A stretch of DNA of 64,000 nt from Eubacteriales bacterium. GTDB taxonomy: Bacteria > Bacillota > Clostridia > Oscillospirales > CAG-382. Under the pieces are notes generated by a model. The model did not search any database, was not told where the DNA came from, and was given only the letters and a program-made list of their open reading frames with translations. A program made the translations under genes and the position numbers. Where the stretch lies: NCBI GenBank assembly GCA_045595165.1, contig JAZNZY010000021.1, positions 51,382-115,381 of the forward strand, in the 5' to 3' direction. Below are positions 30,511 through 38,723 of the stretch, one piece after another (the stretch's first letter is position 1; the number at the start of each line of letters is the position of its first letter).

Positions 30511-30684
30511 CCAAGCCGACTGTTCAAGGCGGCTTGGTATGGCATCAACGCGCTTTTGCGCGTTGTATGTAATTGCGGCGCACGCCGCGTATGGCATTTC
30601 AGTCGGCTTGATTACATACCGCAACAAGTTGCGGATTCCATACACGCCTATCGGCGTGATTACATACAACGGCTTCCGCCGTTG
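30511..30684. repeat. mini-hairpin array D2 (same architecture as D1) 3' of tRNA-Val
   Basis: Octamers TATGGCAT 30538, TATGTAAT 30566 and TATGGCAT 30590, then ATTACATA 30611, ATTCCATA 30635 and ATTACATA 30659. Six different hairpins lie between them. 30619-30658 matches the reverse complement of 5517-5555 at 39 identical positions plus a 1-nt indel. Confidence 0.85.
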
Positions 30685-30704
30685 ATTTTTGACATTCCTC
30701 TTTA

Positions 30705-30733
30705 TTGACAAAATTTTACTCGGGTGATATAAT
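30705..30733 (+). promoter_or_regulatory. consensus sigma-A promoter (TTGACA-17-TATAAT)
   Basis: ttgaca at 30705-30710, tataat at 30728-30733. Confidence 0.7.
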
Positions 30734-30760
30734 ATTTTCCGCCCAAGAATATATACAGAG

Positions 30761-31657
30761 GTGAAAAAGGTGAATATTTTTCACAGATTCAAAAATAAAA
30801 AAGTACAGTTCCTGGTGAATATGGTAATGATAACCATCGGCTGTGCGGCATACGCGGCGGGAGTTTTCCTGTTTTTGGACCCCAACGCCCTTGCATCGGG
30901 GGGAATTTCGGGTGTATCTATTATACTCAGCCACTTGATCGGCATTTTCCCCACGGGTACCTGGATAATCATACTTAACGTGCCCCTGCTGATAATCGCC
31001 ACGTGGAAATTCGGATTCAAGTTCCTTTTCACTACCATATACGCCATAATAATGTCTTCCCTCTTTATGAACCTGGGTGCGGAATATATCGGCGCCGCCA
31101 CTAACGATCCTATGCTTGCCTCTTTTGCGGGTCCCGTGCTGGTTTCCATAGGAATTGCCACCATATTCCACGCAGGCGCATCCACCGGCGGTACGGATAT
31201 TCTGGTAAAATTGATGCGTCTTAAATTCAAGCATATCTCCACCGGCACTATCTTTATGATATTCGACGTTATGGTTATTATCGCATCCGCTATCTCCTTT
31301 AAGCGGTTAGAATTGTCCATATACGCCGGTGTTTGCGTAGTCGTTCAGACCATCGTGGTAGACAAGCTGCTTTACGGCTTTGACAGTGCGAAGATGATAT
31401 ATATAATGAGCGAGAAAAACGATATTATCACCCAGCGTCTTCTGAATGAGCTGGACGTGGGCGCAACCATCGTTCACTCCCACGGCGGATACACCGGCAA
31501 AAATCAGCCCGTAATAATGTGCGTGCTTAAAAAGCAACAGCTTCCCAGAGCAAAAGAGCTTATACGCGCGGAGGATAACGGTGCGTTCCTTATAGTAACA
31601 AATGCAACGGAGATACTGGGGCAGGGTTACAAATCCCACGACACCGCCGACTTGTAG
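30761..31657 (+). CDS. YitT family membrane protein (DUF2179 C-terminal domain)
   Basis: GTG start. TM-rich N-terminus with ASGGISGVSIIL. C-terminal GATIVHSHGGYTG...FLIVTNATEILGQGY. Confidence 0.8.
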   Translation: MKKVNIFHRFKNKKVQFLVNMVMITIGCAAYAAGVFLFLDPNALASGGISGVSIILSHLIGIFPTGTWIIILNVPLLIIATWKFGFKFLFTTIYAIIMSSLFMNLGAEYIGAATNDPMLASFAGPVLVSIGIATIFHAGASTGGTDILVKLMRLKFKHISTGTIFMIFDVMVIIASAISFKRLELSIYAGVCVVVQTIVVDKLLYGFDSAKMIYIMSEKNDIITQRLLNELDVGATIVHSHGGYTGKNQPVIMCVLKKQQLPRAKELIRAEDNGAFLIVTNATEILGQGYKSHDTADL

Positions 31658-32133
31658 GACTTGGTTATTTACCGCAGAACAAAACGCGAAAAAGTAAAAA
31701 AAGATGTACCGCGAAACCATCACTTTTTTCGCTGACATTTGTTCGAAGCACTATCAATGTAGGAATTCGTGAATACACGAATTCCTTTTTATTTCGCGTT
31801 TTTAAACGTTTTTAGTCGGTGGGCAGTACCTTTGTACAGCCCCACACGCCTAAAAATCCTTTTCTGCGCTAAATACCCGGCGTCCTACCTTCTCCTGTTT
31901 TATATATCAAAAACCACAGCTTTTTACCGCAGACCGAAACGCAAATGAAAATTATACCGTAATTACCGATGCGAGAGATCTTGCTTTTTCTCTCGCATTT
32001 TTGTTTTGTTTATAGGTAGGAATTTGTAAAAAACAAATTCCTTTTATTTTGCGTTTCTACGCATTTTCGCTCGGGAGGCAGTAGAATACTACAGCTCCCC
32101 TCTCGCAAAAAAGCGTTCTGCGCTAAATATCCT

Positions 32134-32168
32134 CGGGGTCCCCGAAAACGCCGCGCGTTTTTGGGGTG
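32134..32168 (-). repeat. Rep-C copy
   Basis: cggggtccccgaaaacgccgcgcgtttttggggtg. Confidence 0.8.
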
Positions 32169-32302
32169 TTCATGCGTCCTACCTTCTCCTGTTTTATATA
32201 TCAAAAACCGTGAGTTTTACCTTCTTCTACGGTAGTTTGGCGGGTTTGAGAAAACATAATGTTTTTGGTCTGCTGACCAAAAACTTCCATAGTTCATCGT
32301 TG

Positions 32303-32336
32303 CGGGGTCCCCAAAAATGCCTGCATTTTAGGGGTG
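32303..32336 (-). repeat. Rep-C copy inserted within a heptad arm
   Basis: cggggtccccaaaaatgcctgcattttaggggtg interrupts ...ccatagttcatcgtt | cttctagttcatcgtttatagtt. Confidence 0.8.
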
Positions 32337-32362
32337 CTTCTAGTTCATCGTTTATAGTTTTA

Positions 32363-32391
32363 TTGACTTTAAACGGAAAATATGATAATAT
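32363..32391 (+). promoter_or_regulatory. sigma-A promoter (TTGACT-17-TAATAT, TG-extended)
   Basis: ttgact at 32363-32368, tga-taatat at 32383-32391. Confidence 0.55.
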
Positions 32392-32426
32392 ATAATAACC
32401 ACTAACGATACGGAGGGCTTATAAAA

Positions 32427-33923
32427 ATGAAAAAGGCTTTATCTGTTTTTCTTATTCTCCTTTTGCTGTGCGGTGTGCTGGTTTCGTGTAATGACAACAC
32501 CCCCGCAGACGATGAGAGCGGCGCAGACGTAAGCGACAGCGATTACGGCGCAGACCTGCCCGTAAAAGACCTTAACGGACGTGTGATCCGTATACTCTGC
32601 AGGGACTGGAACGCCAACGGAAGCGGATCTATACTGGGATTCGGCGGAGAGGTGATCCAGAGAGAGGATTACTCCGAGGACACGGCTTCCGCAGTTGACG
32701 TAGCAAAGGCAGAGGTAAGACGCGTTATTGAAGAAAGATACAACTGCACTCTTGAAGGACTTATTACCGCCGCCGGGCAAGCGGAACTAAACCGGATGAT
32801 CGTAGACCAGATGGCGGCAGGACTTTCGGGAGAAAACGCATACGATCTGTTGTTTGAAAATATTACCTACACCGCCGCATCCTGGCTTGACGGTGTATAC
32901 AGAGATCTGAATTCCATTGAAACTATCGACCTTTCCAACCCTTGGTGGGATCAGCAGGCGGTAAACGATCTTTCCGTTGCGGGAAGAATTTTCGTAGCCC
33001 TGGGCGATATTAACACTCAGGATAACGACGGCACCTGGCTTATCTTCTTCAACAAGCGGTTGGCAGGCGAAATGTGCTCGGATTACAACTTTTACGAAAT
33101 GGTTGATAACGACGAGTGGAATATGGACAACTTCATTACCATCTGCAAGGGTATAACCTTTGACAGCAGCGGTGACGGCAACGTAGACGAATTCGACACC
33201 TGGGCGCTGGGAACAGAAACCTATAACATATACGTTCACGCCCTTGCGGCAGGAGAAAAGGTAGTTTCCAAGGATACGGACGATATCCCCTATTTCTCCT
33301 TCCAGACCGAGGGTATGTACGATGCCCTTGCAAAAATAAGCAATTTTTACAGCGATAAAGGCACGGTTATGATCGCCGATGACGGCAGATTTTCCGGCAA
33401 GGGATACTCCAATGTGTTTGAAGCAACGGTAGTAAAAGCATTTACCGAAGGCAGAGAGCTGTTTTATATGGGCGGACTTATGAACCTTACCGCATTCCGC
33501 GCAATGGAGGACGATTTCGGTATGCTTCCCATTCCCAAGGGTAACCCCGATCAGGACAGATATTACCACTCCGTTTCCTACCACCAGACGTCCTCTCTCG
33601 CTATCCCCTATTCTGCGAAAGATCCCGAGGATCTGGGACTTATTATCGAAGCTCTCGGCGCATTGAGCAAGCAGCTCGTTACCCCCGAATATTATGACAG
33701 AACCCTGAAGCTTCAGGCTACCCGTGATGATGAATCCGGCAGAATGCTTGATATAATCTTCGATTCCCGTGTGTTCGATCTCGGCGCTATATATAATTGG
33801 GGCGGAGTGTGCGGACAGATGTATACCGCAGACCCCAACTATGCATCCCGTTTTGAGTCGGTGGCAGATAAGGCGCAAAGCGATATGGAAGAAACGCTGG
33901 AAATTCTGGTAGAATTTAATTAA
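32427..33923 (+). CDS. extracellular solute-binding lipoprotein (family 1, LplA-like), orphan
   Basis: Lipobox LLLLCGVLVSC. About 500 aa. Motifs DLSNPWWDQ and FGMLPIPKG are typical of large sugar-binding SBPs. Paralogous to 37122..38570. Confidence 0.75.
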   Translation: MKKALSVFLILLLLCGVLVSCNDNTPADDESGADVSDSDYGADLPVKDLNGRVIRILCRDWNANGSGSILGFGGEVIQREDYSEDTASAVDVAKAEVRRVIEERYNCTLEGLITAAGQAELNRMIVDQMAAGLSGENAYDLLFENITYTAASWLDGVYRDLNSIETIDLSNPWWDQQAVNDLSVAGRIFVALGDINTQDNDGTWLIFFNKRLAGEMCSDYNFYEMVDNDEWNMDNFITICKGITFDSSGDGNVDEFDTWALGTETYNIYVHALAAGEKVVSKDTDDIPYFSFQTEGMYDALAKISNFYSDKGTVMIADDGRFSGKGYSNVFEATVVKAFTEGRELFYMGGLMNLTAFRAMEDDFGMLPIPKGNPDQDRYYHSVSYHQTSSLAIPYSAKDPEDLGLIIEALGALSKQLVTPEYYDRTLKLQATRDDESGRMLDIIFDSRVFDLGAIYNWGGVCGQMYTADPNYASRFESVADKAQSDMEETLEILVEFN

Positions 33924-33929
33924 AGCTGC

Positions 33930-33963
33930 AAAGCCTTAACGGAAAATTCGTTAAGGCTTTTCT
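33930..33963 (+). terminator. rho-independent terminator
   Basis: aagccttaacg-gaaaatt-cgttaaggctt followed by a T-rich tract. Confidence 0.75.
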
Positions 33964-33964
33964 C

Positions 33965-33993
33965 TTGACTTTGCTGATCGTTCATTGTATAAT
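33965..33993 (+). promoter_or_regulatory. sigma-A promoter (TTGACT-17-TATAAT)
   Basis: ttgact at 33965-33970, tataat at 33988-33993. Confidence 0.65.
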
Positions 33994-34038
33994 ATGTTGT
34001 TGCCTTGCGCATATTTTAAATGGAAGGGTGGGCGCACA

Positions 34039-34887
34039 ATGAATATCGGAATAGTTCTTGCAGGCGGATTTGCCAAAGGCGCTTACCAGGTAGGTGCGCT
34101 GAAGGCGATACGGGAATTTATCCCTATGGAAGACATAAAATATATAAGCTGTGCATCTATCGGCGCGCTGAACGGATATGCCTTCGCCGCCCAAAAGCTG
34201 GGAAAAGCCCAGGAAATGTGGCAGGGATTTTGCGGCGAGAACGCGGACACCAACGTAATGCGCCTGCTCCGCAGTGATAAACTGCAGCAGATAATTACAG
34301 ACCTCGCCTCCCCCGAGGATAAGCTTTACAGCAAGCTGTATATCGCCCATCTCAACATAAACTCCATGAAGATGGTGTATTCCGAGCTTAATTCTATGCG
34401 TCAGCACACGAGAAAATCCCTTCGGGCGGGAATTGCTTTGCCCGTTTTCAACCGCCCCGTAAAGATAGAAAACGATTATTATTTCGACGGCGGCTTGGTA
34501 GACAATATCCCCGTGTATCCCTTGATGCAGCATAAATTGGATTATATCATCTGTATTTATTTCGACGATTATTGGTACACCTTTGAGGACAGCTATTTCG
34601 ATAACAAGATAGTAAAGATATTTTTCCCCGATCCCACACGGGCAAAGACATCCTTCGTTATCTCCCGTGAAAGCGTGGACAGAATGCTGGAGGACGGATA
34701 CGAGCGTGCCCGCGCCACCTTGAACCGCGTGTTTGAGGAGGGAACGGATAATCTTCCTCATATTTATAAAACCATAACCACTATTAACAGAGAAAATCCC
34801 AAAAAGAAGATCCGTCTTACTACGGATACCATAATCACGGGACTGAATAAAATCGGAAAAAAGATAACGAAAATACAAAAACCGTAA
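34039..34887 (+). CDS. patatin-like phospholipase
   Basis: Start moved to MNIGIVLAGGFAKGAYQVG (oxyanion GGxxxG), which lies downstream of the promoter. Nucleophile elbow CASIG. Catalytic DGGLVDNIP. Confidence 0.8.
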   Translation: MNIGIVLAGGFAKGAYQVGALKAIREFIPMEDIKYISCASIGALNGYAFAAQKLGKAQEMWQGFCGENADTNVMRLLRSDKLQQIITDLASPEDKLYSKLYIAHLNINSMKMVYSELNSMRQHTRKSLRAGIALPVFNRPVKIENDYYFDGGLVDNIPVYPLMQHKLDYIICIYFDDYWYTFEDSYFDNKIVKIFFPDPTRAKTSFVISRESVDRMLEDGYERARATLNRVFEEGTDNLPHIYKTITTINRENPKKKIRLTTDTIITGLNKIGKKITKIQKP

Positions 34888-34897
34888 TGACTTTTAT

Positions 34898-34977
34898 AAT
34901 CACCCCAAGAAGCCTTGCGGCTTCTCGGGGACCCCGTCAATCACCCCAAGAAGCCTTGCGGCTTCTCGGGGACCCCG
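34898..34977 (+). repeat. tandem duplication (2 x 41 bp) of Rep-C
   Basis: aatcaccccaagaagccttgcggcttctcggggaccccg occurs at 34898-34936 and 34939-34977. Confidence 0.9.
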
Positions 34978-34984
34978 ACAACAA

Positions 34985-35014
34985 CAAATACGCCCGATAA
35001 AACGGGCGTTTTTA
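34985..35014. terminator. bidirectional rho-independent terminator between convergent patatin and tspO genes
   Basis: cgcccg-ataaaa-cgggcg with an A-run before and a T-run after. Confidence 0.7.
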
Positions 35015-35032
35015 GTTTTCAAAACACTCGAA

Positions 35033-35491
35033 TCAGTTCAACATCGCTACACCGTAGCACAGATATGCCGCAAATGTAAGCCATACCATATAGGGCAAAA
35101 ACAGTATTCCCGCAATGGGACGGCACACCCAGAATTCCCGTGTCAGGACGAATCCCACCGCCCACATAACCAGAATTACCAAAAAAGCGAGCATAAACGC
35201 CTGCCATTTAAAAAACAAAAAGGGCCACACAAAGTTTAAAGCAAGGGTTATTACGTACAGCACCTTCCAAAGCTTTCCTTTGCAGCCTGATGTGTATGCG
35301 AAATAGCTTGAAAGCCCCATAAGAGCATACAGCAAAGTCCACACTGCGGGGAACACCCAGCCCGGCGGGGAAAGCGCAGGCAAAGCGATGCCCTGATACA
35401 AGCCCGACCCTGCCGCAGTAAGCGCGCCCGCAAGCCCTCCCACAAACAACGGTATAAACAAGGAGAGTAATAAAACACCCAATCTTTTCAC
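35033..35491 (-). CDS. tspO: TspO/MBR family tryptophan-rich sensory protein
   Basis: 5-TM protein of 152 aa. PPGWVFPAVWTLLYALMG and the Trp-rich WPFLFF are typical of the family. GTG start. Confidence 0.8.
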   Translation of the reverse strand: MKRLGVLLLSLFIPLFVGGLAGALTAAGSGLYQGIALPALSPPGWVFPAVWTLLYALMGLSSYFAYTSGCKGKLWKVLYVITLALNFVWPFLFFKWQAFMLAFLVILVMWAVGFVLTREFWVCRPIAGILFLPYMVWLTFAAYLCYGVAMLN

Positions 35492-35585
35492 AAAAAACGA
35501 CGCCCCTTTATCAGAAGAGAATTTTGTATTAATATAATTTATGTTTTTAACTTAAAAAATATGCAGTCAACTTAATGCACATCTG

Positions 35586-35614
35586 TTGCAAAACGAAAAA
35601 AAACGGTATATAAT
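35586..35614 (+). promoter_or_regulatory. sigma-A promoter (TTGCAA-17-TATAAT)
   Basis: ttgcaa at 35586-35591, tataat at 35609-35614. Confidence 0.55.
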
Positions 35615-35697
35615 ACGTATGTTATGCAACACCGCAACACGGATTTATGCTTTGCGGTAAAATCATTTTATTCACAGATGAAAGGAACGTAACGAGA

Positions 35698-36774
35698 ATG
35701 GAACAGAAAAAACTCAAAGTCGCCGTTGTAGGCGTTGGCGGCATATCCGAGGTACATATTAACGGCTATAAAGCCTGCCCCAACGTGGAGCTTTATGCTT
35801 TTTGCGATATCAACGAAAAAACTCTTAAATTGAAGGGCGAGCGCCACGGCGTTACCCGTCTTTATACCGACGAAGCAACTATGCTCGCAGAGCTTCCCGA
35901 GATCGACGCGGTTTCCGTTTGCACCTGGAATTCCGCCCACGCGCCCTGCACCATTATGGCGCTCAACGCGGGCAAGCACGTTCTGTGCGAAAAGCCTATG
36001 GCTATGAACACCGAGGAAGCCGAGGCTATGATGGAAGCGGCAAAGCGCAACAATAAATTGCTTATGATCGGCTTCGTGCGCCGTTTCGGTAATGATGCCG
36101 CCGTGCTTAAGGATTTTATCGATGCAGGCGATTTCGGCGAAATTTACTACGCAAAGGCAAACTACACCCGTCGTAACGGATGCCCCGGCGGTTGGTTCGG
36201 TGAAAAGGCACGCTCCGGCGGCGGTCCTCTTATCGACCTGGGAGTACATGTTATCGACCTTGTCCGCTATCTGCTGGGCAATCCCAAGCCTGTTTCCGTT
36301 TACGGCGTAACCTATGATAAGCTTAAAAACCGTCCCGGAATTAAGGGAACGGTGGATTATAAGTCCGAAACCGACGCGGCAAAGCCCGTTTTCGACGTTG
36401 AGGATATGGCAAGCGCGCTTATCCGCTTCGATAACGGCACTACTCTGGCTGTGGAAGCATCCTTCAGCCTTAATATTCCCCACGATGTGGGCAAGATCGA
36501 GCTGTACGGAAGCAAGGCGGGCGCAGTGATCGACCCCGAATTAAAGATATACACTCAGCAAAACGGTTATCTCACCAACGTGACTATGCATCAGTCCACA
36601 GCACTCAGCTTTGACGGATTGTTCGAAAACGAAATATCCCATTTTGTAAGATGTATTACAGAGGGTATCCCCTGCCGCAATCCCGCAGAGGACGGCGTTG
36701 AAATGATGAAGATACTGGATGCGGTGTATCTCTCCGCCTCCACGGGACACGAGGTAGTAATTGAAGCTGTCTAA
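35698..36774 (+). CDS. Gfo/Idh/MocA family oxidoreductase
   Basis: Start moved to MEQKKLKVAVVGVGGIS (Rossmann fold). EKPMA motif. Confidence 0.85.
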   Translation: MEQKKLKVAVVGVGGISEVHINGYKACPNVELYAFCDINEKTLKLKGERHGVTRLYTDEATMLAELPEIDAVSVCTWNSAHAPCTIMALNAGKHVLCEKPMAMNTEEAEAMMEAAKRNNKLLMIGFVRRFGNDAAVLKDFIDAGDFGEIYYAKANYTRRNGCPGGWFGEKARSGGGPLIDLGVHVIDLVRYLLGNPKPVSVYGVTYDKLKNRPGIKGTVDYKSETDAAKPVFDVEDMASALIRFDNGTTLAVEASFSLNIPHDVGKIELYGSKAGAVIDPELKIYTQQNGYLTNVTMHQSTALSFDGLFENEISHFVRCITEGIPCRNPAEDGVEMMKILDAVYLSASTGHEVVIEAV

Positions 36775-36775
36775 A

Positions 36776-37086
36776 CTTCGCAGATCGAAACGCAAAAAAC
36801 ATTGATACGTAATAACAAATGCGAGAGATTTTAGTTTATCTCTCGCATTCTTGTTTTCTTAATAGGTAGGAATTTGAAAACAAATTCCTTTTTATTTTGC
36901 GTTTCTATAAATTTTCAGTCGGGGGGCAGTAGATTTCTACAGCACCCCGCGCCTGAAAATTCATTCTGCTTTGTTTATACAGCTTCCTGCTTCAATCAGA
37001 CTTTCAGTTCTACAGACGGAATGTATCGAAAACAATTACACGGTTTTTTGCTCTGCAAAAAACTTCCTCATTCCTCATTCCTCATT
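36776..37086 (+). repeat. Rep-A copy 3 (ends in an A/T-clamped hairpin plus TTCCTCA heptad arm)
   Basis: Modules in order: cttcgcagatcgaaacgc; gcgagaga hairpin; taggaatttg..caaattcct plus T-run; gcgtttct; ttttcag..ctgaaaa hairpin; attcattctgctttgtttatacagc; ttttttgctctgcaaaaaa; cttcctcattcctcattcctcatt. Confidence 0.8.
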
Positions 37087-37115
37087 AAAAAACCTCCGAT
37101 TTCTCGGAGGTTTTT
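37087..37115. terminator. bidirectional terminator
   Basis: aaaaaa-cctccga-tttc-tcggagg-ttttt. Confidence 0.8.
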
Positions 37116-37121
37116 AAAGTA

Positions 37122-38570
37122 TTAGTCGAAGTAAGCGTCCAGCAGGTCTTCAAGATTGTCATTGAAGGTTGCTTCCTTGGACTGCCAATTGGATGCGAAA
37201 TCGATAGATCCGTTGTTTATGCAGATATTGAACTGATGTGCGGGCCAATCCAGCGCATAAGAATGGATATAACCGAAGTTACAGAGGATACCCTCACGGA
37301 TGATCTCGATCATTTCGATAGAATCCTCATCCTTGGTGTATCTGTTCTGAAGGATTACGGTGTACCATTCGGGAACAACTGCGCGGTAGCTCTGTGCGCA
37401 GAGAGCTTCGGTGATCATACCGATAAACTCAAGGTTGTTCTTGCTGGTTATGGGAACTGCCATAAGAGAATAATCGTCCTCACAGGTGGAGTGGTAGTTT
37501 TCCTGCTCCTCGTTAAACTTGGGCATGGGGAGGATACCGAAGTTGCAATCGTAAGTATTGATAATACTTCCGTTACCCAGCTTAGTGGGAAGGAAGAGAG
37601 CGCGGTTTTCACCGAACATCTTTACGCTTTCAGCCTTGTCTTTTGCTTCGTAAAATTCGTCGGAGCTGTAAACAAGATCATAAACCATCTGGAGTGCGGT
37701 ATAGGTCTTTTCCTGGTTGATGGTGAAATAAGGTCTGCCGTCCGCATCCTTGGTGGTTACGGGGATATCGAAGGCGTCCTGATATACGTCAATCTGAGTG
37801 GTGAGGCAGGATGTATAGCCGTATACCTTGGTATCGGGGTTATCGTCCTTAACGCTGGCGGTGCGGATAACCTCCATCATTTTATCAAAGGTCCAATCGC
37901 CGTCGCGCACAACGTCATAAAGGTTTTCGATACCTGCGTTTTCAGCAAGAGTCTTGTTAAAGAACATACCCTGCATACTTTCCCAGAAAAGGAGGGAAAT
38001 ATCGCCGGAAAGGAGGTAAAGGTTATCGTCGATAGTAAGCTCGTCAACAAGGTCCTGGGACCACCATTCTCTCTCAAGATCAACGTAGGGGATATCGTAC
38101 CAGTCGATAAAGATGCCCTCTGCAATGAGAGTGGGGATAATAGCGGCATAGCCTGCGATAATATCGTAATCCACAGAACCGGTAGCCACGGTATCGCGCA
38201 CGTAATCAATAAAGTCCTCGTGCACGCCCCAGCCGCCGTTTATGGGCTTGGAAACGATATCTACGTTAAAGCGTTCTTCAACAACCGCATCTCTTTCATA
38301 GATAAGGTCTTTTACTGTGGAAAAGCCCAATTCCTCAACGCCGAATTCGTAATCGTTTTCGGTACGCTGAAGAATGGTATATGTCTTTTTGCCCCAATCC
38401 TTTTCGGGCAGGCCGTCCTTTACGTTTGCGCGGTCATCAAAATCCACTTCGCCGTAGGATGCGTCAGTATTGGAAGCATTACCCTGAACGTCGGGATCTA
38501 CGGTGTTACAAGCGCAAAGCACGGAAAGGAGCATAAGTGCTGCAAGTGCAATAGCAAAAATCTTTTTCAT
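37122..38570 (-). CDS. extracellular solute-binding lipoprotein (family 1, LplA-like), orphan
   Basis: Lipobox LLSVLCAC. REWWSQDLVDE and FGILPMPKF motifs parallel those of 32427..33923. Confidence 0.75.
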   Translation of the reverse strand: MKKIFAIALAALMLLSVLCACNTVDPDVQGNASNTDASYGEVDFDDRANVKDGLPEKDWGKKTYTILQRTENDYEFGVEELGFSTVKDLIYERDAVVEERFNVDIVSKPINGGWGVHEDFIDYVRDTVATGSVDYDIIAGYAAIIPTLIAEGIFIDWYDIPYVDLEREWWSQDLVDELTIDDNLYLLSGDISLLFWESMQGMFFNKTLAENAGIENLYDVVRDGDWTFDKMMEVIRTASVKDDNPDTKVYGYTSCLTTQIDVYQDAFDIPVTTKDADGRPYFTINQEKTYTALQMVYDLVYSSDEFYEAKDKAESVKMFGENRALFLPTKLGNGSIINTYDCNFGILPMPKFNEEQENYHSTCEDDYSLMAVPITSKNNLEFIGMITEALCAQSYRAVVPEWYTVILQNRYTKDEDSIEMIEIIREGILCNFGYIHSYALDWPAHQFNICINNGSIDFASNWQSKEATFNDNLEDLLDAYFD

Positions 38571-38605
38571 ATGTTCTGTTTCCCTTCATATATTTACGTA
38601 AATAC

Positions 38606-38634
38606 ATTATATTACGGGTAACGCAAAAAATCAA
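38606..38634 (-). promoter_or_regulatory. sigma-A promoter (TTGATT-17-TATAAT) for the SBP gene
   Basis: Minus strand has ttgatt (38634-38629), a 17-nt spacer and tataat (38611-38606). Confidence 0.6.
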
Positions 38635-38652
38635 GTTTTTTTAATAAATCTA

Positions 38653-38681
38653 TTGCCATTCTTTACATCTTGTGGTAAAAT
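38653..38681 (+). promoter_or_regulatory. sigma-A promoter (TTGCCA-17-TAAAAT, TG-extended), divergent from the SBP promoter
   Basis: ttgcca at 38653-38658, tgg-taaaat at 38673-38681. Confidence 0.5.
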
Positions 38682-38723
38682 CCAAATTGTAACCACTATA
38701 TAAAAGCGGAGGAAAATTTTATA

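Larger units (their letters stand above)
31668..32362 (+). repeat. two tandem copies of mosaic intergenic repeat Rep-A (units about 31668-31915 and 31924-32362)
   Basis: Both units start with ttaccgcaga(a/c)c(a/g)aaacgc. Both contain a taggaatt...aattcct hairpin plus T-run (31761-31791, 32027-32058), gcgttt, a long TTTT...AAAA-clamped hairpin, and the shared block cgtcctaccttctcctgttttatatatcaaaaacc. Confidence 0.8.

Noticed and set aside
30413-30711. ORFs 30413..30685 (+) and 30445..30711 (-).
   Set aside because: They overlap tRNA-Val, its terminator and array D2. They are artefacts of open frames in structured non-coding DNA.
36874-37125. An 83-aa ORF on the + strand.
   Set aside because: It lies wholly within the Rep-A copy 3 / Rep-B half element and a terminator. 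It has no RBS and its sequence is dictated by the repeat.
37236-38621. A 461-aa ORF antisense to the SBP gene. Similar long antisense ORFs occur at 32787..33878, 33982..34878, 38631..39695, 23792..24883, 44548..45873, 46297..47286 and 47414..48787.
   Set aside because: All mirror genes with signal peptides, lipoboxes or catalytic motifs on the other strand. Their abundance probably reflects codon usage that avoids TTA/CTA/TCA in the sense frame. None is supported as coding.
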